NCBI GenBank assembly: GCA_040954595.2
Contig: CM082593.2
Span: forward strand, 6,084,172-6,148,171
Direction of reading: 5' to 3'
From: Balanoglossus misakiensis
Taxonomy: Eukaryota > Animalia > Hemichordata
DNA: 64,000 nt
Below the pieces are notes generated by a model that was given only the letters and a program-made list of their open reading frames with translations, had not been told where the DNA came from and made no database searches. Of the stretch, positions 39,542 to 51,705 are shown in pieces (the stretch's first letter is position 1; each line of letters begins with the position of its first letter). The translations under genes and the position numbers were made by a program.

Positions 39542-41872
39542 TCATGGCTTTGTAAATAAAATATGGTAGATGTCGCAAAGAATTTATTGATTTTCCGGCG
39601 TCGATTGATTCATGACGACAGAGTTTATGCAAACCCTATCCAAGTTCAATTGGTAATTTGCAAAACTTGATTTACTTGTGCTTCAAAGGATTTTAAAAAT
39701 CGATCTGAAAGATCAGCCGATCTGAAAAGATTGCCTGATATCAAAGATTTAACATGTTTTCCGATAATCGGTTTACCTGTTTCATAACAACCGACGTCGA
39801 CCATGAATAGGTTTCATACGTAAGCAAGTCTTGCGAAGAAGAGGAATCTTGGTTTACAAAATTTTCAACTTTGTAGCGACGGAACTATAGTCCCTCCGAG
39901 ATATGATAAAATGTAATGAATTCTGGACAATACCCTGGCAACAGCAGAAAAATGAAAATTCAAATTTGTCTCCGAAGTGTCGATGTGGAGAATAGTTCTC
40001 TCTGTGTGTCTGCGTGTCCGTCCGTGTCACCAAGGACTTTGTGAAGAAGCAGTTGCTATGACAAAGTAGCATGCTACACAACCATGGAAACCAGGTACCA
40101 CGTGACGTACCCAAAGCAAGGCGGTTTGAGAAGGTACAGATATGTGTAAATTTGAAATTAATGTAGATTGATGGATCAGGTGAATTTCGTAACATTTCTG
40201 AATCCCATTATTGGATTTGCTGCCATGCCAATATTTGTTCGCGCGTGGTTACACAAAACCCCTAATACCAACGGAACAAACATCTTTTGTTTAAGTATTG
40301 AAGTCAATCTATGAATATGACCGCATTTGCCTTTTACTGTTTTTTTTTTGACAATGTCGAGAATTGCAAGTGAGTAATCAAACAACTGAATCAAAAACCT
40401 CCATATTTACTTTTTACAATGGTTGCATTTCTCCACCAATCCTGTTGACTTCCATTAAGTAGTTTTGTGAACGGGTTAAGGGAGCATCGATTATTCATAA
40501 TTATTCATTCTCAAAACCTTGACACTTGAGTAATTGCACACTCAAGGAATTATATGCAATCAATTAACAATCTTGTTCTACGATTAAAATGCATTAGTGT
40601 TTTTTTAAATCAATCTGATTAAGAGGGGTGACGTTCGATAATGCATTTTGGCACAAGACGTTTACAAAGACGAGAAACTGTTGGTGGGGCCGGGCATAGT
40701 ACATTGTACATGTAAGATTCCTCCGATAGGCTGTCCATATTACTCACTCACAAAGATAGGTTGTAGTACAAGTCCAGCGATAGGCTGTGTCCTCACTCAC
40801 AGGCTAAGAACAGGGGCAGGCCGTGGTCCAAGTAAAACCTTCGTTCGATGCTTCTGTTCTGTGCTAGGCTGGACATTTGCATATTTAGGATTGCCACCTA
40901 ACTCGATGAAAGTAAATGCATTGCCCACTGGTACTTGTCATTGGCAGCCCATTCGTCCATTGACATCATTATATAATTGGCTGTCTTTTGCTTTTAGAAT
41001 GAACACGATATAAGGTCTGATACTGATTCAAAGGTATACTTCATGAACATGAAGACGTTTCTTTGGATATGGACAGGAATGCGACAAGGTAAGCAGGAGA
41101 CCATCATCATTTACACCGCGATAGGGAGACTCACACAAAAATTATGCAAAAAGACCCCCCAAGTGGTTCTGTAAAACTTCAGACAAATCAATCTCCGAAA
41201 TGCTTACAGTTAAAAGATTTTATTACCAAATTTCACATCAAATAAAAAATATCTTCTGATACAAAGCTTGTTCTGCGATACATTCCTTTATGTACGGCCC
41301 AAAATTATCTAGGATATGTCCATTAAACTCAATATTTCTAACTTCCACATGAAAGAAACTCTCGCAGAAATTCCGTGTTTGATGCAAAAATTACTTTCAG
41401 CAAATGAGTTTACACTTGTCAAGCTGATGACAATCACGTAGACAATGACGGTACTTCACACCACTGAAAAACCATAGCAAATCGATTAAATAATAGTAAA
41501 TTTGCTTTCTTTTCTTTGGAACAATTACAATATATTTTTAAAGCCATTTCTGTCATTTACAATCACGTGACATTATTGCTTCTAAAGGAGCCTACACACC
41601 ATTTAGTTATATCATTTGGTCTCTGGTACGATATAATTTTCCGAATATTTCAGATAAAAATGCCCTTTTTTCAGGAATGATTATACAGTAATCACGACAA
41701 CAATTTCTCACAACGATCAACGTTTAACGGTAGCGTAGGGAGCATAGAATATTTTTGGCCAAGATTTTCCGGGTGCAAAGTTCATCACAAATTTCATTCC
41801 ACCAGGACTTTCTGGGAGTGATTTACGATTCCACGAGAACCAACACATACAAGTTACGCCACAAATGGGCCT

Positions 41873-44800
41873 TCAATGGTGGCCTGCATACAGGGTATTT
41901 ATGACTTCTGCAAAATGCTTCTTGAGGGACGGCCTCTTGCTCTTAGACGTTGGGGTCAGCAGGCCGTTTTCTATTGTAAACTGTTCTGCTGAGAGAAAGA
42001 TGTCTTTCGCCTGGATAAAGGAAATCAAAACAGAGAAAAATAAAGGATAATTATAGGAAATTCCTGTTTCAGATTTCTCACCCGTTTGGTTGGAATGGAT
42101 GTTGAAAAGGTCCCCTTAAATTATACACGTATAGTGAGAAAATAGGCAAGATAATGTATATGTTACGAAGTAGATAAATTCCACACCTTGAAACCAAAAC
42201 AGTTTATTTAAATATAATAAAGTGGAAAGGGTATTTGTACTCTAGGCACTGGTGTGAAACATTGTTCGTTTTCATTCATTCATTCATTCATTCATTCATT
42301 CATTCATTCATTCATTCATACGTAATGATACCTTACTTCATTCATACCTTCCTTCATTCATTAGCTCATTCGTTTGTTCATCCATTTATTCATTAATACA
42401 TTCACACACACATACACACACAGAGGACAGCCAGAATCATAACGATATATTTGACCTGTTCAAAGGACTTCAATCCAGCTTCTTTCCCTGTATGTGTCAT
42501 TTCATCCAACACAGCCTTGTTTACAGTCTGTGTACGAAATAACAAAGACGAAAATATCCTTTTTAAAACTTCGACATTTAAAAACCTTAAAAAATGTAGA
42601 AAACATTCATTTCAATGTGGGAAGCCATAACTACACAAAACATTACCTTGTTCTTGCAAAGTTCTTCCAATGTTCCCGATACTTCATTTTCCTTTGCCCA
42701 CTTCAACAGTTCGTCTGGGTCCGGCACCACAACAGCCACAGCAAAATTCTGGGGAAGAAAAGATAAAAATTAGCATGGGCTCTCATTTATCTATATATCA
42801 CTGAATAGCTCAAAGTAGCACTGAATATTGGAACTCCTAACTCCTGAATGAGGTAACAGCTGGTCATAGAGACTGATTTCCTGACTGAATTCCTGTCTGA
42901 AACCACACACAAATGATGGGAGTCGGGGAAGAAACGTCCTCTTGTGGTAGAAAATACATATGATGGAAACAGCGCCATCTTGTGGTGGGAAAAAACTTAT
43001 ACTGAGTCAAGTTCATGATTTGCTATCTAAAATTTATCTGATACAATTTGAGCAGTTTCATCATCGAGGAAAAGAATGTCGGACTACATTTGGTGACACT
43101 AGGATCAGATTTCTTTCAAGGACACCATTTTGGAGTATCTGTTATATGTTCAAGAGCTAAACACACCCGGTTCAAAATACCCAATTGCTAGAAATTTCCT
43201 CACAGTGAGACCTACCTTAAAGCTGTCTCCGTGCACAAACACTTGAAGCACCATGGGACTTCGGACGTAGATGCTTTCGATCCTCTCTGGGGCCAGGTAT
43301 TCACCCTAGGTGCGGCAACAGTAATTTGAACATTATCACGCACACATCAAACATGCCATTAATTTTTTGCATGCAAGAGCACGTTTATTTAGAATCCCCC
43401 TAGCAGCTTCACAGTCTGATAAACTCACTTTCCCACTATCCAATTTATAGTAACCCAGGCAACCAGAATGAGTGAACAGACAGCTACGTATATATTTAAA
43501 ATCACCAAGCTAACAATATAAGTAATTATTGTACACAGGTTCTGACAAGCACACTTCATGATTTCCCACGCAGCGCAGATTTTTTAATTATATTTTTGTT
43601 AATTAATTCATTACTCACCTGGGCTAATTTGAAGATATGTTTCTTACGATCGATGAGTTTCAACGTGCCATTCTGGTGGAAATAAAAGAAAACCAAACTC
43701 TCAGAGATTGTCTCTAACTCGCAGATTCTATACAACATGATTTACCACAAACACTCTAAAAATAAATCATGGCTCAGCAAAATAGTTCCAGTCTCCCGGC
43801 ACTTAAAATTTTCCCAGACTTACTGGCAGCCACTGTCCGATATCTCCGGAATGCAACCATCCATCCTGATCCAGAGCTTCTTTGGTTTTCTCCGGATCAT
43901 TCAGATATCCCTGGAATACGTTGTATCCTTTGAAGCAGATCTGACGATGCGATCAGAATGTAAGATTTAGGTCTACGGGTGTTACTGTTAGTGACTCACA
44001 AATAGACCAAATTTGGGGCCAATTATACACTGTGTTATATAAATGTGCACCATCTTTGCTGTCATGTTATTCACCATCACCAACATTCACCACAACTTTT
44101 ACCACTACTATCAAGGACAGTCACCATCATTGTCAGGTCATTCATGCCAATGTTGAACTCACCTCTCCTTGGTTGTTTGCTGCAAAATATTCCATATCCG
44201 CAACGTCGACAAGCTTGATCATGTTGCATGGCAACGGTGGCCCAACATGACCTGCAAATAACAACATGGACGTCATTTCAAATAAAGTAAAATATCTCCC
44301 TTACAATACAGACTGAGACTATCAAAGCGAGGTTACTCCGAGATAATGTAGAATCAGTAAAAGCTGAAAATGTCATTTTTATTAATTAATATCTTCTTGC
44401 ACAGTTTGTCTATGATTACCTGTTGTGTGATCTCCGGGCAAAGTCAGTGTAGCTGCCACACCACTCTCGGTCTGACCGTAACCATTCAAGACCTGGATAC
44501 GGAGTAGAAATATTATAGTAAATGAATTTTCAAACCACATGATGTTGTATCATTATTTTTTCCCCTGTAGTCACTGTGCCCAACCTCACACATACACCAC
44601 TGGAAAGCTAAAGTCAACTGACAGTATTTGTGACAGTAACCTTCGGACGACAGAACCTCACACGCCAAGATAGTGCTGACTTACGTGGGTTCCAAACACC
44701 ACCCTCAAGAACTCCATGGTCTCGTCGCTGATCGGAGCGGCACCGTTAAACATGCACTGGACCTTCCCGCCGAGCAGTGACTGGATTCGTCCAAAGACCA

Positions 44801-47800
44801 GTTTGTCCCAGATGCTGTCTTGTCTGATGACACCTCTGTGAAAAAAAACAAAGCGCAGAAATGTCAGCCTCCATTTTCTCCCTGTGCGTTCTACAGTAGT
44901 GAAACAACAATTGGACAAAAACTACGCATGTACATGTAAATGCCTCTCCTACAAAGTCAAACAGAATCTGATACAGCCACAAGTGGTACAATGCTTACAA
45001 TGGGTTAATGTGTGGACACACTGAATGACATGTACTATTAGGCGAGCAATTATATATGACAAGAATACCTTTTCAGTTCAGCTTGCTTGCTTCTATACGC
45101 CAAGTTGAACAAAGTGTTTTTGATAAAGCTACTCTGCACTCCTGAAAGAATCTGCAAATGGAAAAGATACCAGTGAATCTCATCTTCCCTGACATTTTGC
45201 AATAATAGTCTTGCCCCCTTTTCATGGAGTACTGTTTTCAATTTTAATAAGTGAATTTCAGGCCCATACATGTTCAGTTGACTCACTTTGTCATGGATTC
45301 TGTTGAAAAGTCTGGGGACCGACGGGAAAGCCATGGGTTTGACGTCTTTGCAGTCGTCCAGCAATTTCCGAACATCGCCTTGGTAGAATCCGATAGCAGC
45401 ACCATGCACAATTGCCAGGACCTGTCAAGAACACAACTTGATGAAATTAACCCTTTGAATGTCACATTTTCTCTACCAATGTGAGGTGCAACATTTTAAC
45501 CCATTTTCTTTTAAAGATTTAGACAAAGATTAAAATTCAAGTGAGTTTCTTAAGAACAAGATGATGAACAATGTTTCCGTCTTTGATTTTAAAAATATGA
45601 TACATTGTACTTTGAATATTTTTTAAGAAGATTACTTACATGACATAACCTCTCATAGCCGTGCGCTAGTGGTAAATACGATATATGACTGCCATGTACA
45701 TCAAAGTTGACTTCACCCTGTTAAAGTAAATCAACATGAGATACAATACAGAGAAATACAGTAACCAGCCACGACAAACCTCTGAACTTTCATTTTTGAG
45801 AACTCTGAATATTTCCTAAAATAACCTACCTCAATCGCAGCAAGGAAGCCTGACATTGTAGCTATCAGATTACCGTGTGTCAACATTGCGCCTTTTGGAT
45901 TTCCTGCGTGGAAAGAAGAAAAATAGTGTCACAGGCACTGTGCTCCCATTTGCTCAGATTTGTTACATGAAAAATAGACCACCTGGTGGGATTCACACCA
46001 ATGAAAATACCAGGATGTCAGGTCATCTAGAGGTCATGAAAATGGCTACCTCTACTTTGTCAAGTGCCGGGTTCGGAGCATGTCACGGCATTCTAATACA
46101 TGTACACTGTCTTAATGGAAAGTTGAGTCCTACAGAGCCTTATGACTGCATGAAATGTTTACAGGTTACCCCTTTAACTTGATTACGACAATTAGAACAT
46201 GTATATGCATCATACCTGTGGTTCCACTTGTGTAACACACAGTAAATAGATCTTCAGCTTTCGGAGGCTAAATGGATAAAAAACATATGAAATCACGTCA
46301 ATTTGAGCACTGAACTTAATACCCTTTGTCTGAGTTACAGACAAATGTTCATAAAATTGACAATAGCAACAGTGGGGTTTCCTAACAAGTCTCAATTTAA
46401 TCCTGTGGGAAAACACTTACCACTAGCTCGTGGGGGTGACTTTCACCAAGGCTCTGTGTGAGAAAAGAAGCAAAATAAAATTTACATATTTAAATTTAAC
46501 TAGCCACAAAGGGACGACATCGTTTGATTTAAAAAGAAGTCCGTTTTACAGAACCTTCCTTTACAATCATGCATGCATGTTCATTGTGAAGGGACTAAAA
46601 ATAGCAGACCAGTTTCCAGATCAGTGTTCAGTTTAATTGTACAGCAAAAAGATATGGCTGCTTTTCATGAAATTTTCACCCCACCTCCACCCACCCCACC
46701 CCCAGTTCTGTCTGGAGAGGTCCGACTTCACCACCGAAAACAATGCACTTGGACCGAACCATGCTACTGAAAGGGTCATCAACCGTACCTCAATCTCGGA
46801 CAGGTGCATCATCTCCACGCCGTGCTTTTCCGCTTCCTCTCGGACATCGGCCGGGATCTCCTCCATCATGATGATTCGCTTCATGCACGGCGTCTCCGTG
46901 GCGTGGCTCAGCAACAACTTGGCTTTGGCCGCCGTGTCACACACCACGTTTTCTATCTCAGCTACAGAACGAAAAAACGGTACCAGCATTAAGGTATTAT
47001 GCACCCCAGGGACAGATTTTCATTTACTTTTAACAACAAATAACACCAGATGCTCTTACACTGCTAAAGGCATACCTATTTTCAGCCACCTAACTTTGCA
47101 ACTACGATTTGTGAAGACACGAAAGAGAGAAAACAGCAAAATATCCACTTCCCACACCTGTTTTAACCTACTACCAAACTCAACTGGAGTATTTTTGCCA
47201 CAAAATCAATGATCCAAAATTTGCATACAATTTATGACATGCTAATTACAGTAAAATATTCATAATATTCTCATATCACACAATCATACTGCTGTCTGAC
47301 TGACAGACTAACAGACAGACTGACTGACTGACAGACAGACAGACAAAAAAGACTCAATCAACCACACTTCAGACTTACCTTGTCCAATGATAAACGAACA
47401 TGCATCTGGCCCCAATGTGTCGTACAGAGGAATCAAAACCATGCTATACATCATACATGCTTGTTCTGTAAGACCCCACTGCAACCAAAACAGAGATCGC
47501 AATGTATATTGCTCATCATAAAATCATGGCAATATTATTCTGCGTTTAACTGAAGGGAATCAAACAGTACAGCTCGTAGTGTTCTGGGGGTTAAATTCAT
47601 CGCTCATACACACCTGGCCGCATGATTAGATTCAATGTTTCTTTTTCCTCACCTCCAATCTGTTGATCGCATATATGCCAATGTACGTCTTCGCTGTTGG
47701 CTTGCATCCTATATGAACCAACCCACTGCCGATGTTCTTAGCTTTTTCATACGTCTGCATATACAAGCACAGTATTTAAATCACTTTGAGTTTGACAGTG

Positions 47801-49055
47801 CATTAAAAAATATGAATTACGGATGATGGATGATACAAGCAACTGGGTCTAGGCAACCTAGCTGTGTTTTATCACACACTCATTGCCGGGGGGTTCTAAA
47901 GGGGTAGGTTCACCCATCTGATTCAAATATACTGAGAACCCCCCCCCCCCCCCCCCACTGCCATACCTGTGTTATGGTATTCTACTGAAATGTTAATGTT
48001 CACACAGTGATTATATGAAATAAAAAATGCAAATTCCATAATATTATGCTACTATTCAAATCATATTTAGGAAAAGACCAGAAGCAACAAGCTTATTGGG
48101 GTTAATGTCTCGGTATCAGAGTATCAGCCACCATGTGGTACCGGCAGCACTCGGTGACACTGGCAATATTCAACTCTAATTACTTGGTCTTGTCGATAGC
48201 AGCAGTGTTCGAATCAACTATACAGTAATTGCAGGTGACACAGGAATTTGTTCTACAAACCTGATTGTATGTCAGCCACTGATAAGGCTGGTCCGTACCG
48301 GGCCTCCAGCCATAACACGGTTGATCACCTGGGACAATAAATGACAAAACGTTTGAACTTTAGACTAGTTATCGATGTATAAAACACTAATGTGACAAGG
48401 TAATACAGGTCACATCAATCCATGAATGATTAGAATAAATCAGATCTGCTTGTTCAATTGTTTTGAAAAAAAAACACAGGACCATGTGCATTTTGAAGAA
48501 ATTACTACATGAATATACAAACCCATTCAGAAGTAACACGTTTGGGGTGTCTGACAGTAGACACAATTGAGAATTTCTGGTTGTTTTTTATTTCTGTCAA
48601 ACTCATGAAGCGTAATAATGTAACATGTATATGTCAGCTGCTACCATATTGGTTTAGATGACAGCTTTGTACACTACCTGATATTTGTCTGCCCTTCATG
48701 AAAGCATCATGAACAGTTCGTACATCTTCGTCTTTGTATTCAACCAGTTTCCCATCCTTCACCGTCGGAAAAACATGGATTCTTTCTTTGCCCTGGTTAA
48801 AATAAAACCAAGTGTCAGTTCGAGAAATCATATATTCACTGCATTGAAAGATAGGAATTGATAAAATGTTTGCGCATTCTATAATTTTAAAATTTCAGTG
48901 ACACTCACCGGCAATTCCACAGATTGTCTGTAGGGATCCAGCAGCATTTTGATAGGTTTGGGTCGCGATAGCATCCATATCGCTGTTGTCCCAGCTACAA
49001 GTCCCAAACCGACCAGTGTCGAGTTTTCACTCAGTACTTTCAGCGCGTCCGACAT
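41873..49055 (-). CDS. ACSL: Long-chain-fatty-acid--CoA ligase (ACSL1/5/6-like), ~680 aa, 21 coding exons
   Basis: Runs from MSDALKV (49055) to LYAGHH* (41873). Motifs across exons: N-terminal [40 protein letters not shown] (45640-45717), [49 protein letters not shown] and ENGLLTPT. Confidence 0.95.
42273..42318. repeat. (CATT)n microsatellite
   Basis: Direct reading. Confidence 0.9.
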
Positions 49056-50377
49056 GATCACTGATTTTTATCGTGAATCATGTATTCCAGTACAATGTAT
49101 ATATTCTTCCACTGTATAGCAAGGAGAAAAGGATGGATTTTTATTTGCTGTAAATAACCAGGAAAACATGCTGGTTGTCTGTGGATTATATGGCACAAAA
49201 CAAATTGCGGGAGAGCTCCCTGATGTAGTTCAGAACCAACACCCAATCAAAGCTGTACACATAAAGTGCGTTGACACTAGTATTGATGTTAGTCTTGTGA
49301 TCAACATTTCTGTGCTACTGGTTTTAGCCATTTCAGCGTCTGTTACCTGCAGGCCCTACATATGATATCACACCTTCAGGCAAACCTGACTATGTGGGTC
49401 AAAGTGTTAATCTGGCAGTATAAATTAATCATTCTTAATCTTGTGACTTTTCTCGCATTATGGGTTTTCGAAAGCATACTTCAGTGCAGAGTTTGCACGT
49501 ACCCAACCCTTGTAACTGTAAGTCTGAGGGGCATCAGAAAATTTTCAAATTTAAATTTTCGTTAGACAAATTCAAAGTCCTGGGTCAATCGATACGGACA
49601 GTAACTCTGGCTATGACACTGGACTGAGATACAACACTGGTCCAGCCTACGTCTATCACACAATGCCAGTATTGCTCTAGCGCACTGGCCTTCCTTTGTA
49701 AAAATGTGGGAAGGCTAGCTCCTCACTAAATCACAATTGAACACTACTGATTACTGACGACAAGAATATAATATTCAGACGGTGTCCCCACCGAGGTCAA
49801 GTGGGCGTGGTCTTGTTACTCATGCCGCGACGGTTATATCGCCATGCTGACCTGCCGTGGTACAAGTTGTACCAAGAACCGGGGGACGATATATCCCCCG
49901 ACTTCTGTACACCAACGCCCCCATTCTGATCCTTTCATCTTTGCACATTGAACCCGAAGACTTGCTGGTTATAAACTATGTGTCTTATCTTGATCGATGA
50001 GAATGGTGGCGATTGGGAGAAGAGACTTGCGACATGGTAGGGGCATTGCTTTAGCGTAGGCGACAAATTCACTAACACAGAGTCACTTACAGGACTGACC
50101 CATGTCCTGACTAAGAATTATGAATTAATGAAATGCCCGAACAAGTAAATAATGGCATTAATGTGTGCGACGACTCGGCTATTTGCACACGACTGATGAG
50201 CTGAGTCACTAAGCCAAGCGAGTAAACACGATGATATTCGCAAGCTACAGTTTACATCGCACTTTGCGACGTGCCCACTCTTACAAGTCAACAAGATAGC
50301 TTCGAACAACATTAAATGACATTCAGGCACTGTCAATAATTTCAACACAATGTCGCGTGACCAACATGACATAACGT

Positions 50378-50556
50378 ACCTGCTCTGATCGCTGGCTGAC
50401 ATCCACAAACCGGAAGTTAAGTTACGAACAGAATCAGATTCAGATTCCATCGGCCATTCTCCACTTCCATCCGATACTTAATCTCAGTCCGAAACCAGCC
50501 AGACTGCGAACCTGTGTGACTAGATGGGTTCGATGGCCTCTGTGTGAATCACGTGA
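50378..50556 (-). promoter_or_regulatory. Putative ACSL promoter and non-coding first exon
   Basis: Donor-like CAG|GTACGT at 50380/50379, ETS motif CCGGAAGT at 50410-50417, and E-box ATCACGTGA at 50548-50556. Positional inference only. Confidence 0.35.
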
Positions 50557-51705
50557 ACGTGATATGTGAAAGCCTCTAGCGTATTGACAATGCAAATAAT
50601 TTGAAGTTCTGGTCATCGCTTGTATCACATTAAAACAATATTTGAGGTTGGATGGGGGAGACCAGAAACAACGGTTTTATTTTATTTTGTGGCCAGTATA
50701 GATCGTGAGGGCGCTAGCTTTACATTGGTCACCAGTGGAGTTTTTTTGCTATATCGATTGTGAGAGCGCTTGCCTAAAATTGATCATTTTTACAAGCCAT
50801 ATTATTAAATGTACCTAACGTTTTATTCCAGAGTTCTGGCTAAGACTGCACAGGGGTCACAAATCAATCGCAATTTCACGTCATAAAAGTTGAACCAGCA
50901 CACACTTTAATACCTCAAACCTTATTTTGTTACAAAATCAAATTGCGCTCCTTAATTAACAAAATGCATGTCGAACTTGACATTATTTGCATAGATGGCA
51001 TTAGGTCCACTTATTAAGTATAAAATTAAATATATAATACTGATACATTGATACCAACTGAAAATTAACCTTTTTATTCAATGATTGGCAAGAATAAAGC
51101 GATTTATTTGACTATTGTTGGTATCAGCTGATTTATTTATGATGATGTCAAATGTGAAAAGGTTTATTAACTGCTCAAATTGGACTCTGTCCAGAAAGAT
51201 TGCAATCTTGACAAACCACTCCATGCATGTTATATTATATATCCGTATCCCATGGTTTATGATGTCATGACCTTGTAAACTCTTATGATTCACAACACAT
51301 TATGTAAACATACCGATCTAGTATACATACGTAGGGGGAAACGGAGACTTGGGGGAAAATACTGACAAATACGTAAAATCTAAACTATGCATAATCTACA
51401 AAGTCAAAGATTCTATAGACAGTCAGTCAAGCAAAGATATGGCGAAAAGCTAAGAGACTAATAAAACCTAATGCAAAACTCATCTTGGGTAGTATAATGT
51501 TTGATCAGTAGCACGAAGCTCTGTTATACATCGGTACAAAGAATTCCAGTTTACTCTATAGGATTGTTAGCATGATGTGTTGTTTGAAGACTATCTTGTT
51601 TTATTGATTTTGAAGGTGAAGGTTATTGGGCCGCACTTTCAGAGAAATGTGGGAATTTTCAAAGATAGGGCTTCATCTGAATATCGGATATACGTCGTGG
51701 AAGCT

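Noticed and set aside
45640-45717. Mutually exclusive Y/F gate exons as in vertebrate ACSL1/6
   Set aside because: Only one gate exon ([11 protein letters not shown]) is visible in the short flanking introns.
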